DNA of 53,995 nucleotides from a virus (Duplodnaviria; Caudoviricetes): IMG/VR virus record IMGVR_UViG_3300013101_000012, positions 1 to 53,995 of that record; one strand, 5' to 3'. Shown piece by piece: positions 25,950 to 36,000 of this stretch (position 1 is its first letter; each line of letters starts with the position of its first letter). The notes under the pieces were generated by a model. It saw only the letters and a program-made list of their open reading frames with translations, ran no database searches and was not told where the DNA came from. The position numbers and the translations under genes were made by a program.

Positions 25950-27317
25950 ATGAAAATAAAAATTAACGATTCTTTTAAACCCGACACTAAGTTCTCTCTG
26001 GAAGAGAATAATGGGTCTTTAGGAAATGGTATTCTTGGAAAAATAAAAGGCGAGTTCTTTGTCCCTGATGGGAAATCAAGGAATGATCGTTATTATTCTA
26101 AGAATTTGTGGCAAACAACCTTAGGTAAAACCGCAGTTCAAGAAAAGCTCCAAAACCGAGGGATGTTTGGTACTATTAGTCATGAGCAAGAAATAAACGA
26201 TACCGCGTTATTAGAGGGGAAAATATCCCACGTGATAACCAATCTGTGGATAGATGAGTCCAATAGCAAAGGGATGGGAGAAGCACTTATTCTCGACACC
26301 CCCGCAGGGAAGATCTTAAACACAGTAATGAGGGCAAACGCTCAACTCTACACTTCTTCAAGGGCCTTCGGTTCTTTGGGGGAAAATGGGATGAATGGAG
26401 TGCCACGAGTTAATGAAGCAGATTATGAATTGGAGACTTTTGATTTTGTGTTGAATCCAGGTTTTTTACAGGCAAGGCCAAAAATTGCTGAGTCGCTACA
26501 AAAAATTATTGATCAGGGAAAAGAACAGTATAATAATAATATAGATAATAAGGAGATTACTATGTCCGAAAAATTGATTGAAAAATTGTCGGGTGAAATC
26601 TCTCAGGCGAAAGAAAGTTTGGGGGCTATTACCGAGTCATTAGAGAATGAGAAAGCTAAAAATAAAGTTTTAGTTTCTGAAAATGGGGAATTCCAAAAGA
26701 AATATGACTTTCTAAGAAAGAGAGTTGATGGACTTACGGAATATAAAAAGCTTGGGACACCTCAAGAAATTTCGAAGGTATTTGATCTAACAGAGTCAAA
26801 CCAAGACGTTTTGGGAACTTATAAAGAATTAGGTACTCCTGAAGAGATTGGACAGGTTTTTGAGAGGTTTGAAAACACTTTAGAAGCTATTGATGAGTTA
26901 GGGGGCCTTCCAGCGGTTCAAAAAAGCATTGATGGTTCCATCAAAGTTCTTACTGAGTATTTAGAACTAGGTACTCCAAAAGAAATTGAGAAGGTTTTTG
27001 AGCACACAGAAAAAGCTATTCTTGATAAAAAAGACCTTGATAGAAGAGTAATGGTTGAAAAAATCTCCCAAAAAATCGGAGTTCCTGCTGCTAAAATTGC
27101 AAAACTTTATCCGCACATGAATGAAGAAGAAATTACAGAGTTTTTTGTGGACCAAGAAGTTAAAAGAAGAAGAACTCCTAAGCAGGAAATCTATAAGAAA
27201 AGAAATGCTAGTTTAACTGAGAGTTTATCTAATATGAATAATAAAGAGTCTTCAGGTATCGGCACGGTTCTAAATGAATCAAGAGGTCGGGCCCTTATGG
27301 ACTTTTTTAGTAAATAA
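25950..27317 (+). CDS. prohead protease (T4 gp21-like) fused to a coiled-coil scaffold
   Basis: SRNDRYYS, GTISH, ISHVIT, ILDTPAGKIL, SSRAFGS, TFDFVLNPG; internal AAGGAG plus ATG at 26562. Confidence 0.9.
   Translation: MKIKINDSFKPDTKFSLEENNGSLGNGILGKIKGEFFVPDGKSRNDRYYSKNLWQTTLGKTAVQEKLQNRGMFGTISHEQEINDTALLEGKISHVITNLWIDESNSKGMGEALILDTPAGKILNTVMRANAQLYTSSRAFGSLGENGMNGVPRVNEADYELETFDFVLNPGFLQARPKIAESLQKIIDQGKEQYNNNIDNKEITMSEKLIEKLSGEISQAKESLGAITESLENEKAKNKVLVSENGEFQKKYDFLRKRVDGLTEYKKLGTPQEISKVFDLTESNQDVLGTYKELGTPEEIGQVFERFENTLEAIDELGGLPAVQKSIDGSIKVLTEYLELGTPKEIEKVFEHTEKAILDKKDLDRRVMVEKISQKIGVPAAKIAKLYPHMNEEEITEFFVDQEVKRRRTPKQEIYKKRNASLTESLSNMNNKESSGIGTVLNESRGRALMDFFSK
26733..27002 (+). repeat. 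four ~26-aa scaffold repeats (YKxLGTPxEIxxVF)
   Basis: YKKLGTPQEI, YKELGTPEEI, IDELGGLPAV (degenerate), YLELGTPKEI. Confidence 0.8.
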
Positions 27318-27434
27318 TTAATAGTGCTGTTGGTTAGGTTATGTTCGGAAGGACATAGACAAACCACTGGCCTTAAACAGTTTTTACCCCTGCACTTCAG
27401 GGAATGAAACGATAACAAAAAATACGGAGATAAA

Positions 27435-28877
27435 ATGAGCAAGGAAAGACTCGTTGAGGCTAAAACTGCGAAAGCAAAAGACCAAGCCTTAATTTATTAT
27501 GACCGTTATCGTGATCAAATTGATCTTTTAGAACATTCCACTTTAGCAAAGATTAAAGGGAAAGTAGATATTTATGATGTCTATGCTCTAGGAAAACAAT
27601 TAGAGCAATATGATACGATGACAGCAATTTGTGAAGAAGTTGGTAATACTGCCTTACTAGGTGTTATTCCTAACATCGCTTATGATGTTATCACAGCAGT
27701 ACATGGTGCTTCTGTAATTCCTATCATGGCCTCGGTTCAACCAATCGAAGATGAACAAGGGATTGTTTACTTCAAGACTGTTAGAACAACTGACGTTAGA
27801 GGTTCACAGACCACCGCAGGTGACGTGGTAACTGATCCTAGAGTACCTATCAAATATCAAGAAGGTTATGCTTCTAATAGCTTAACACATACTGAGGTTG
27901 GTACTGGTGCTACTACTATGACTATTAACCTACCTATCGCACCTATCAGAGGACAAACTTTGAGGATTAATGGTGTGGTAACCGCTACACAACTTTCAAA
28001 TGGTGTTCAAGGTGCTGATCAAGGGCCAAGAGACATGACGGATACCAGCGTAGGTATCATTTGGGGTGACGGCGTTTCTGGTAATGTTGATTATGATAGT
28101 GGTATTGTAAGTTTAACTTTTGCTGTTGCACTCCCTGCTACAGAAGAAGCACAAGTTACTTACCAACAAAACTTTGAAGCGAATCAAGATTTGCCTCAAG
28201 TTGACATGTACTTCGATTCTCAAGCAATCCATGCAAAAATGTATGCATTAAAAGGGACCATTGGACTCTTACAATCGTACGGAATGCAAAAAAGGTTCGG
28301 AAAGATTGCAGAAGATGAGATGTCTAAAGATCTAGTTCAAGAGATCAACAAAGAGATTGGTGGAGATATCATTAGGATGTTAGCTGCTGCTGCTGTTGGT
28401 ACTACTACTTTTAGTAGAACTCTTCCTGCTGGAACTTCAGACTTTGATCACAGACAGTCTTATAAATTCAAGCTTGCTGATTCTGAAGCATTACTTGCCC
28501 AGAACTCAGGTAGAGGGACTATCTCTCTCTTGATTGTGGGATCAACTCATGCGTCTTTAATTCAAACTCTTCCTGGGTTTGAAAGAATTTCTGATGGTAA
28601 TACTCTAGGTATGCACATTTTTGGTACACTTGATGGTATTCCTGTCATTAGAGTTGTTCAGCAAAACTTACTTGGCCCTGAAGATGGGATTGCCTTATGG
28701 AAAGGCACTTCTCCTTGGGAAGCCGCTGTTGTATATTCTCCTTTCATGCCTTTAACTATGACTGATCTGTTGCCGATGGCTCCAAATCCATTGTTAAAAA
28801 TGAGAGCTGCTGCTGTTTGGGCAGGGGTGGACGTTATCGTTCCACAATATGCCACTCGTTTTAATGTAATTCCTTAA
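27435..28877 (+). CDS. major capsid protein (T4 gp23-like)
   Basis: MASVQPI..GIVYF, LVQEINKEI, FGTLDG, VYSPFMPL; GGAG RBS; followed by a terminator. Confidence 0.93.
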   Translation: MSKERLVEAKTAKAKDQALIYYDRYRDQIDLLEHSTLAKIKGKVDIYDVYALGKQLEQYDTMTAICEEVGNTALLGVIPNIAYDVITAVHGASVIPIMASVQPIEDEQGIVYFKTVRTTDVRGSQTTAGDVVTDPRVPIKYQEGYASNSLTHTEVGTGATTMTINLPIAPIRGQTLRINGVVTATQLSNGVQGADQGPRDMTDTSVGIIWGDGVSGNVDYDSGIVSLTFAVALPATEEAQVTYQQNFEANQDLPQVDMYFDSQAIHAKMYALKGTIGLLQSYGMQKRFGKIAEDEMSKDLVQEINKEIGGDIIRMLAAAAVGTTTFSRTLPAGTSDFDHRQSYKFKLADSEALLAQNSGRGTISLLIVGSTHASLIQTLPGFERISDGNTLGMHIFGTLDGIPVIRVVQQNLLGPEDGIALWKGTSPWEAAVVYSPFMPLTMTDLLPMAPNPLLKMRAAAVWAGVDVIVPQYATRFNVIP

Positions 28878-28885
28878 TAAGATTT

Positions 28886-28917
28886 GGGGGTCGGAACTCC
28901 GACCCCCTTCTTTTTTT
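28886..28917 (+). terminator. intrinsic terminator after the major capsid gene
   Basis: GGGGGTCGG-AACT-CCGACCCCC followed by a T-tract. Confidence 0.9.
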
Positions 28918-28980
28918 CAGAGGATTAGTTACTTGTGGGAAAAAGTAATGTTATTCTTGGAATATTAATAAGGAGATTTC

Positions 28981-29361
28981 ATGTACAAAGTTACAAATGC
29001 CACGAAAACAACAGTTAGTCTAAACGCCTTAAATAAAGACAGAGTTCTTTTTGGTATAGGTGAATCCGTCCTCATGGAGGAATCCAAGTATATAGCTTAT
29101 AAGAAAGGCATAGATAATTATGTGAAGCTTAAAATTTTAAGTATCGAAGTAGATACCCCTGTGAAAGTTAAAACAATTCCTGAAAATATGGCAGAAGACA
29201 ATTTACCGAAAGGAATTGATAATAGTCTTATCCAAGAGGATATAAATGGAAAGATGGAAGAAGTTGCAAAAGAAGGGAAAGCAAAAGACCAAGAAGCAAA
29301 AAAATCTAGAAAGATTGCTAAAGGCAAAAAGAAAGGCAGTTCTGAATCCACGTCTGCTTGA
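28981..29361 (+). CDS. hypothetical protein with Lys-rich tail
   Basis: AAGGAG RBS. Confidence 0.75.
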   Translation: MYKVTNATKTTVSLNALNKDRVLFGIGESVLMEESKYIAYKKGIDNYVKLKILSIEVDTPVKVKTIPENMAEDNLPKGIDNSLIQEDINGKMEEVAKEGKAKDQEAKKSRKIAKGKKKGSSESTSA

Positions 29362-29411
29362 AGTTACGAGAGAAGATTTAATTAGATGGCATAATGAATA
29401 GTAGGTGATTT

Positions 29412-30116
29412 GTGAAACTGCAGGAGATCTTTGAAAGGGTAGTAGTAGAATCTGGACAGTTTCTTTTAAACTCTGGCGAATTAGAGTTAAACGAAGATAA
29501 CTTTGCTATCTTAGTAAGGGCCACTCTTTCTGTTTACTCCAGATACTCCCCAGTATCCCATATGTTCTATGTTGATATGACTAGTGTTAGAAATTTTAGT
29601 TTCACTCTAGGGAACACTAGATGGGAAAAATTCCCGAATGGGAAAATCCCTGATAGTGTTTTCGATTGCATCCCAGTGCGAGGTGCTTGGATTCTTCCTT
29701 CTTACTACTACCAGTACTATCAATATTTTAATTTCAGAAATCATATGAGCGCTCAGTCTGATAGTAGAATCAAACAACCTTATCCTTTCATTTATAGAAA
29801 ACCTAAGATCACTATCGGTATCTCTTCTTTCGCAGAAGTTCATGTACTACTGAGACAAGAGGTTAGGATGGAGGAAGAAGGTGGTGTGACTAAATACTAT
29901 GTAGATTCAATAGATGATTTAACAGATAGTCTTTTCTTTGACTTATTAACTGCTAAATTCATGAAAGCTATAGGTAGACAGAGAAGGGCCTTCACACTAT
30001 CAGATGTTTCTTTATTATTAGATGCCCCCCAGTTAGTTGCAGAGGGGGATGCTATGGAAAAAGATGCCCTGCAGTTATTAACTGATAACAATAAATGGTA
30101 TTTAGCCTGGGGATAG
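29412..30116 (+). CDS. probable neck / head-tail adaptor (gp13-like)
   Basis: Synteny; IGRQRRAF..LDAPQLVAEG C-terminal pattern. Confidence 0.6.
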   Translation: MKLQEIFERVVVESGQFLLNSGELELNEDNFAILVRATLSVYSRYSPVSHMFYVDMTSVRNFSFTLGNTRWEKFPNGKIPDSVFDCIPVRGAWILPSYYYQYYQYFNFRNHMSAQSDSRIKQPYPFIYRKPKITIGISSFAEVHVLLRQEVRMEEEGGVTKYYVDSIDDLTDSLFFDLLTAKFMKAIGRQRRAFTLSDVSLLLDAPQLVAEGDAMEKDALQLLTDNNKWYLAWG

Positions 30117-30171
30117 TGGTCAGGTATTTTACAAAAACATATTAATAAACAAATTACTGGAAGCACGCCTT

Positions 30172-30744
30172 ATGAAATCAGCACATCATTTACTTCATTT
30201 ATTAGAAAATATTTACGCTGATCTTGTTAAGTTTGGTAAAGAGGGGACTCCTCAAGAAAAAGCAGCTAAACAACAAGATGACGAATATTGGAAACAAAGG
30301 AATATCCAAGATGGTACTGCTGAAGTCCCTTATGTTAAAGAAATGAAAAATATGGCCGAGCAAATAAGACAGCTTAGAGATCAAGTTAAAAAGGTTATGC
30401 CTACTGGTGGTAAAAACGGAGATATTAAAAAAGATAGGCACAGATTTGCTAGATCAATGGGCGACAAATTTTCTTTTTCTGGAAGACTTACTAAGGTGAT
30501 GAAGGGAATTCAAAACGATCAAATGATTCAAGATAAGCAAAGATGGGTAGAAATGATTACACTAGCTGCTCATGCATACAGACACCTCGATGGTAGCAGT
30601 GAAAGTTTGGAAACCCTTAATAGAATGTTAAATGGTGGTGGTAGTGATGATTCAAGCGGGGATGCGTTAGGAAGCGGTTACCTCTCTAGTGGTGGTGGCG
30701 GTGGCGCACCTCCAGCAGCACAAACAATGTCACGAACAATGTAA
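30172..30744 (+). CDS. hypothetical protein with leader MKSAHHLLHLLE, inside the neck cluster
   Basis: Leader motif; Gly-rich tail. Confidence 0.7.
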   Translation: MKSAHHLLHLLENIYADLVKFGKEGTPQEKAAKQQDDEYWKQRNIQDGTAEVPYVKEMKNMAEQIRQLRDQVKKVMPTGGKNGDIKKDRHRFARSMGDKFSFSGRLTKVMKGIQNDQMIQDKQRWVEMITLAAHAYRHLDGSSESLETLNRMLNGGGSDDSSGDALGSGYLSSGGGGGAPPAAQTMSRTM

Positions 30745-30747
30745 TGT

Positions 30748-31440
30748 ATGGCGACGTTAGAACAAATAACTTATGATTTAGGACTATATAGACCTGGGGC
30801 CCAGGTACATTACCCCCCATTGGCAGTTAAAACACCTTATAAAATAGAGTTTCACCCTACCTCTAATGTTAAACATATCTCTACACTTAGTTTTGATTCT
30901 ACTGTGCGTTCTCAAAAGAACCCTAGAGGTGGAGATTACTCAGTGGCAGTTAGGTTTGAAGGTGTTTCTTTTATTGAAGATAAACCAGACTTAGATCATA
31001 TACTCCCCTTTAACCCAACTAAGTTACCTGGGGCCATGAACTTAGCAGACCTCTATTATGTTAAACCCCCATCTTTTCAGGTAGAAAATTGTTTACTTTT
31101 TTGTGGGTGTAAATCTTTTCAGTTTGAATACGAGTTTCAACTTTATAAAAAAGGATCAACACCTGCTGTGTTTAGGCCTTATCACCCAATTGATTTTAGG
31201 GGGACTAGAGGGCCCCCAGGAAGGCAGTATAAAACAAGGATAACTCCATCTACACCTAGTAGTTATGCAAGACCTCCTAATCCAAGTAATCCTAACTTGA
31301 CAACATATATTGACCAAGCAACAGGGGCCAGGAGAGTAGCTAAGGATTTTGTAAACCCGAACAACTTCATGGGTTACTGTAAGCATGTTCATAATTTTAT
31401 TAATGCCCTTATAAGGGCAAGCTATCTTAAAATGAGGTAA
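30748..31440 (+). CDS. SWIM-type Zn-finger protein
   Basis: FCGCKSF...YCKHV. Confidence 0.65.
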   Translation: MATLEQITYDLGLYRPGAQVHYPPLAVKTPYKIEFHPTSNVKHISTLSFDSTVRSQKNPRGGDYSVAVRFEGVSFIEDKPDLDHILPFNPTKLPGAMNLADLYYVKPPSFQVENCLLFCGCKSFQFEYEFQLYKKGSTPAVFRPYHPIDFRGTRGPPGRQYKTRITPSTPSSYARPPNPSNPNLTTYIDQATGARRVAKDFVNPNNFMGYCKHVHNFINALIRASYLKMR

Positions 31441-31442
31441 TC

Positions 31443-31859
31443 ATGTCTAGAAACTTCTTCACCAAAGCTGAAAATATATTGGCCTTATACCTCCCAAGGT
31501 TTCTTAGGGTGGCACAATACTACCAAGGTTTGGAGATTAGATTACACAGATTTAAAGAGTCAGTGTACTCAGATGTTTATGGTAGACACTCACAAAAAGA
31601 GTGGAGAGAGCCTGAAGAACTGATCGGTGTGGTTACTGCTACAGGTTCTTACCCAGTATCGCCCTCATTTGCCCCCACATTTGAAGAAGGATATTTTTAT
31701 ACTACTGACAAAAGAGCTAATGTTGGTGATATAATCTCTATAAAGAGATTAGATTCCAAAGGAAGGAAGTTTACATTAGAATCAAAAGAAGCGGTTGGAT
31801 CAACCCAACAAGTTTGGGTGAAGTTTAGAATCACTCAAACAGAAGAATCTCTGATGTAA
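31443..31859 (+). CDS. probable head-closure/neck protein (gp14-like)
   Basis: Synteny; SDVYG motif; size. Confidence 0.5.
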   Translation: MSRNFFTKAENILALYLPRFLRVAQYYQGLEIRLHRFKESVYSDVYGRHSQKEWREPEELIGVVTATGSYPVSPSFAPTFEEGYFYTTDKRANVGDIISIKRLDSKGRKFTLESKEAVGSTQQVWVKFRITQTEESLM

Positions 31860-31919
31860 AAGGTTGGTTATGAAGATAATTTGGAAATATAAGGTTGGTG
31901 CTTTGTTTAAGGTTTTTAG

Positions 31920-32102
31920 ATGAGCGCGAGAGTTTTACTTAACCTGTTGGAAAACAACTATAAAAGAATAGAAATGCAAATAATTCAGAGGTTAGAGACT
32001 TTAAAAGGACGAGAACCACATCCTGATGATGCTCAAGAAGTGGAAAGATTAGAGAGAGAGTTATTTAAGATTAGAAAGATATTAGGAGATAATGTCATTT
32101 AA
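31920..32102 (+). CDS. 60-aa helical protein with leader MSARVLLNLLE
   Basis: Leader motif; flanked by a 24-bp direct repeat. Confidence 0.7.
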   Translation: MSARVLLNLLENNYKRIEMQIIQRLETLKGREPHPDDAQEVERLERELFKIRKILGDNVI

Positions 32103-32120
32103 TTTGTTTAAGGTGTTTGG

Positions 32121-32792
32121 ATGAGCTTAACAGATAAGTTTACCGTTGCGAATACTACTGTACTTGTCTTAGATGAGTTCATAAAAGTATTTAGAACAGA
32201 AATACCCCAGCTTCGGTTTGTTTATTCTCAAGACCCAGCAATTGGAAATACTTTAATCAAGTATATGGATGATAATCAGTTAAAAGAAAATGAAGAACCT
32301 AATATTTTTCCTCTCTTTTCTTTTAGAAGGGGACCATTAAGATGGACAGATATTGGGGGGCCTGGAAGAAGGCACTCAACCCAGATAGCGACAATGGTTC
32401 AAGAAGAGGAAAATCAGAGTTATGTCTATAGGACTCTTCATGGAGAATTTGATATTGATTTTGTTTATCTTGATTCAGGGGTTAACAGGTTAGAGGAATT
32501 TGAGATATTATATTTAGGTAACAAGGGAATGTCGCAAGAAAATGAGATTACTGTTCATATTAATGATGATTTAGAAGATTTTAAATATTATGCTAGATAT
32601 AATGAGTTAAGTGATTTTTTTCTCTCTAGAGAGAACCACCACTATCAGGGTGTTTCTGGAACAGTAACAGTTATGGGTTTCTACTTTATATTCCTACAAG
32701 CTGCTCCTTTTATCACTGAGATAAATCTTAGAGTAGAAAATTTCTGGAGCGAAGTCCTAGCTAAAACGACAATAAGGGGAATAATAAAATGA
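32121..32792 (+). CDS. probable tail terminator / sheath stabiliser (gp15-like)
   Basis: Synteny before sheath; FPLFSFRR motif. Confidence 0.55.
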   Translation: MSLTDKFTVANTTVLVLDEFIKVFRTEIPQLRFVYSQDPAIGNTLIKYMDDNQLKENEEPNIFPLFSFRRGPLRWTDIGGPGRRHSTQIATMVQEEENQSYVYRTLHGEFDIDFVYLDSGVNRLEEFEILYLGNKGMSQENEITVHINDDLEDFKYYARYNELSDFFLSRENHHYQGVSGTVTVMGFYFIFLQAAPFITEINLRVENFWSEVLAKTTIRGIIK

Positions 32793-33037
32793 AAACAATT
32801 AGAACCAAAACAAAGTTGCGGGAGTATTACCAGGGTTCAGATAATGGTAAACGTAGAGTAGCTAAAAAAGTACCCAGGGGTTACTATATTACAAGCAGAT
32901 TAGATTACCCTGTTCGGATCAGTTATGGAGATAATACAATTATGATCCCTCCTAGATGCCGTAGGGGGTTAGTCAAAATAAAATCCATTAAAAAACTTGG
33001 GCCAATGCCTAAGAATGTCTTTGCGGTAGGAGAATAA
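32789..33037 (+). CDS. small basic hypothetical protein
   Basis: ATGA overlap. Confidence 0.6.
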   Translation: MKTIRTKTKLREYYQGSDNGKRRVAKKVPRGYYITSRLDYPVRISYGDNTIMIPPRCRRGLVKIKSIKKLGPMPKNVFAVGE

Positions 33038-33040
33038 AAT

Positions 33041-36000
33041 ATGTCACAATCAGCAAAAGTAAATGTCAAAGAGATTGACCAAAGTGTTCGGGTAGCTAGT
33101 TTTCCGGGTCTTTACAACGCTATTGTAATTCCTGCATATAAAGGCCCAATAAATAAACCTGTGATGGTGACTTCGGAAAATCAGTTTTTACGGAATTTTA
33201 CTCCAAATAATACTGTTGAGGTGGGATATGATTTATCTTATTATTCTGCATTAACTGTCTTAGAAAACACAAATAGATTATGGGTAGTTCGTGCTGCTAA
33301 TGAAGCAATAGCTTCTGGGGCAACAATAAGATCAATTGATTCTTCTGTAGAGTCTTCCACTTGGGAAACTGGGATGGAAGATCCCGAAGATTATTTATTT
33401 GATCTTGCACCAGACACAGTAGCTACTACACAGCAAACAACTATTAAAACCCATGCAGATATCGTCATTCCAGCAGAGGCTGAGGTTACAAATATTGCGA
33501 CAACGCCAGATTTTGTAACACCAGCAACTTCAGAAATATGTACGCTAACCTGCCCCCCTGACACATCTAATAACTTAAATAGTAAGTATTTTAACATGGA
33601 GATTTTAACTCCGGGCCTGACCCTAGAAACTCTTGAGATTTTCTTTGATACAGATGGATCTGGGGTAGCTGTCGGGATTGCTGATAGGGCAATTAAAGTT
33701 GTTACTACTACTGATGCTACTGCTCCAGCCGTAGCCGCCGCTTTGGAAGCGGCATTAAACTCGGACAATGGCGGATTATCATTTAATGTAACTAGATCTG
33801 GTAGTGTCTGTACTGTTTTATACAACGAAGCAGGTAATGTTAAAGATGCTATAGACGTGGACTCAACAGTTGCCGTAATAGTTACCCAACAAGGTGTGGA
33901 CGATATTTCATCACTTGATGGGGGATTTTTCATTCTTCAGGAAAACGCTGGAACTGTAGGTTGTTGGTATAATATCTCAGGAAGTACTATTCCTCCCACA
34001 GGCGCGACTTCTACAAATAGGCAAATTGAGATAACTACAGTTAATGCAGGATCTTCTGCTGCTGAAATTTCTCAAGATACTGCTTCTGCTATCTTGTTAG
34101 ATGGGTCGTTTGAGGCCACAGGGTTTTCTAATATTATAACTATAACCAATCAAGATGTTGGTGATCTACCAAATGCGGTAGATGGGAACACAGGATTTAC
34201 CTTTACAATTCCCGTAGAAGGTAAAAATGCAGAGTCATCTCTTCAAGGGAAGGGTTTTGAAATTCAAGACAAAGATGGGTCTGTAGGTATCTGGATTGAT
34301 ATTTATCAAGAACAACAAATTACTAGAATCCAAACAGTAGCAGATATCCCTGGAGGTCCACCAGTACCAGAAGTTACTGACTTTAGTGTCACAGGGACTC
34401 CAGTGGCGGGGGAGTACTTTACTCTTTATGAATCTGGATTAGCCCCTAGAGATATTTATTATGCTGTTGACGGTGGAGTTATAACCCCACCTGCTACAGG
34501 CACAAGCACACCACTTAAAGTAGATGTTATGTCTTGGGATAACTCTGCGGATGTTGCTGCTAAAACTGCTGCTGTGATTGGTGCTGACGGTAGTTTTTCT
34601 GCTACTAACACAGCAGGGACGGCACAAGTAGATACTCTACAGGTAACTTTAAATGCTACTGCTTTATCTAACCTTTATTTTGTTTTAAACAATGGAACAG
34701 ACGATATTACTTTTTGGTATGACCTAGATGGAACAGGGACTGCCCCTGCTGTTAATGCCACAGAGGTAGCAATCGCAGTAGTTACAGGTGAAACTATAGC
34801 TCAAGTATTAGTATTAACGACAAGTGCGGTTGATGGTATGGCCCAGTTTGGTTGTACTGATGATGCTGTGAGTATTCTAACTATCACAATGACTCCAACA
34901 GGACCAGTTACTCACTCTATAGGTAATTCAACCTTTACATTAGCTAATACACTTCTCGGTGTTGCAGGCTCTACTACTCTTGAGGTCACTAATGCAATTG
35001 CCGGAGATGTTCCCGACGCTCTTGATGGTATCGGAGTAAATGGTACTGGTTTTATAATTACAGTCACTATTCAAGGCCAAAATACAACTTCACCAGCATC
35101 TCTAGAAGGTAGTTTTTTCTACCTTTATCAGGCAGCCACTGAGACTACACTGGAAGAAAAAATAGCTGTGTGGTTTCAATTTGGGACAACACCTACTCCT
35201 GCATTTGATGTAGATGTAAATAGACAAATTATTGTAACAACAGTTGCCCCTGGGGACTCTGATGTTGTTGTAGCCAACAAGCTGCAATCTACTCTAAACG
35301 CTGACAACTTTTTCAGTGCAAGTGTTCTCGGAAGCACTCTTCTTTGTACAAGTGATAATATTGGTAAAACTCTTGATGCCACAGATGTATCTACAGGGTT
35401 CACTATTGAAACTCAACAAGAGGGCGTAGAAACACCTCCTGCAATGCTTTTACTCGATAGATATATCGTTGTGAGAACATTAGCTGCAGGAGCTTCTGCA
35501 GATGAGGTAGCCGCAGGGATAGCCGTATCTATTCAAGCAGACGATGAATACACTGCTAGTTCAATATTAGATATCACAACTGTTTTAGATAATGTTGCTG
35601 GGCTTCGCCCAGGAGAAACTCTAGATATTGATTCTGGTTTTATTGTTTTAGTAGCAGTAGAAGGTCTAGATGATGTCACAGCAATAGACGAAGTATTTAT
35701 TCTTTACTCTAGCTCCCCTGGTAAGTGGGGTGACTCTGTTTCTTTTACCTTATTGAATTACCTTGATGATCCAGACCAAGTAAAAATCGAAGGGGCATTC
35801 CAGATAGATGTTTATTACGATATGGTTTTACTTGAGTCCTTTATTTGTTCTAGAGATATTGCTGCCATTGATGGGTTTGGTAGATCAATGTTCATTGAAA
35901 ATGTGCTTGAAGCATCCGGCTTCATCAGGGCCATGAACAATGAAGGGATTGATTATTCCATTACACCTAGAAGTCAAAGTGAAATAACACCTCTTGGAGG

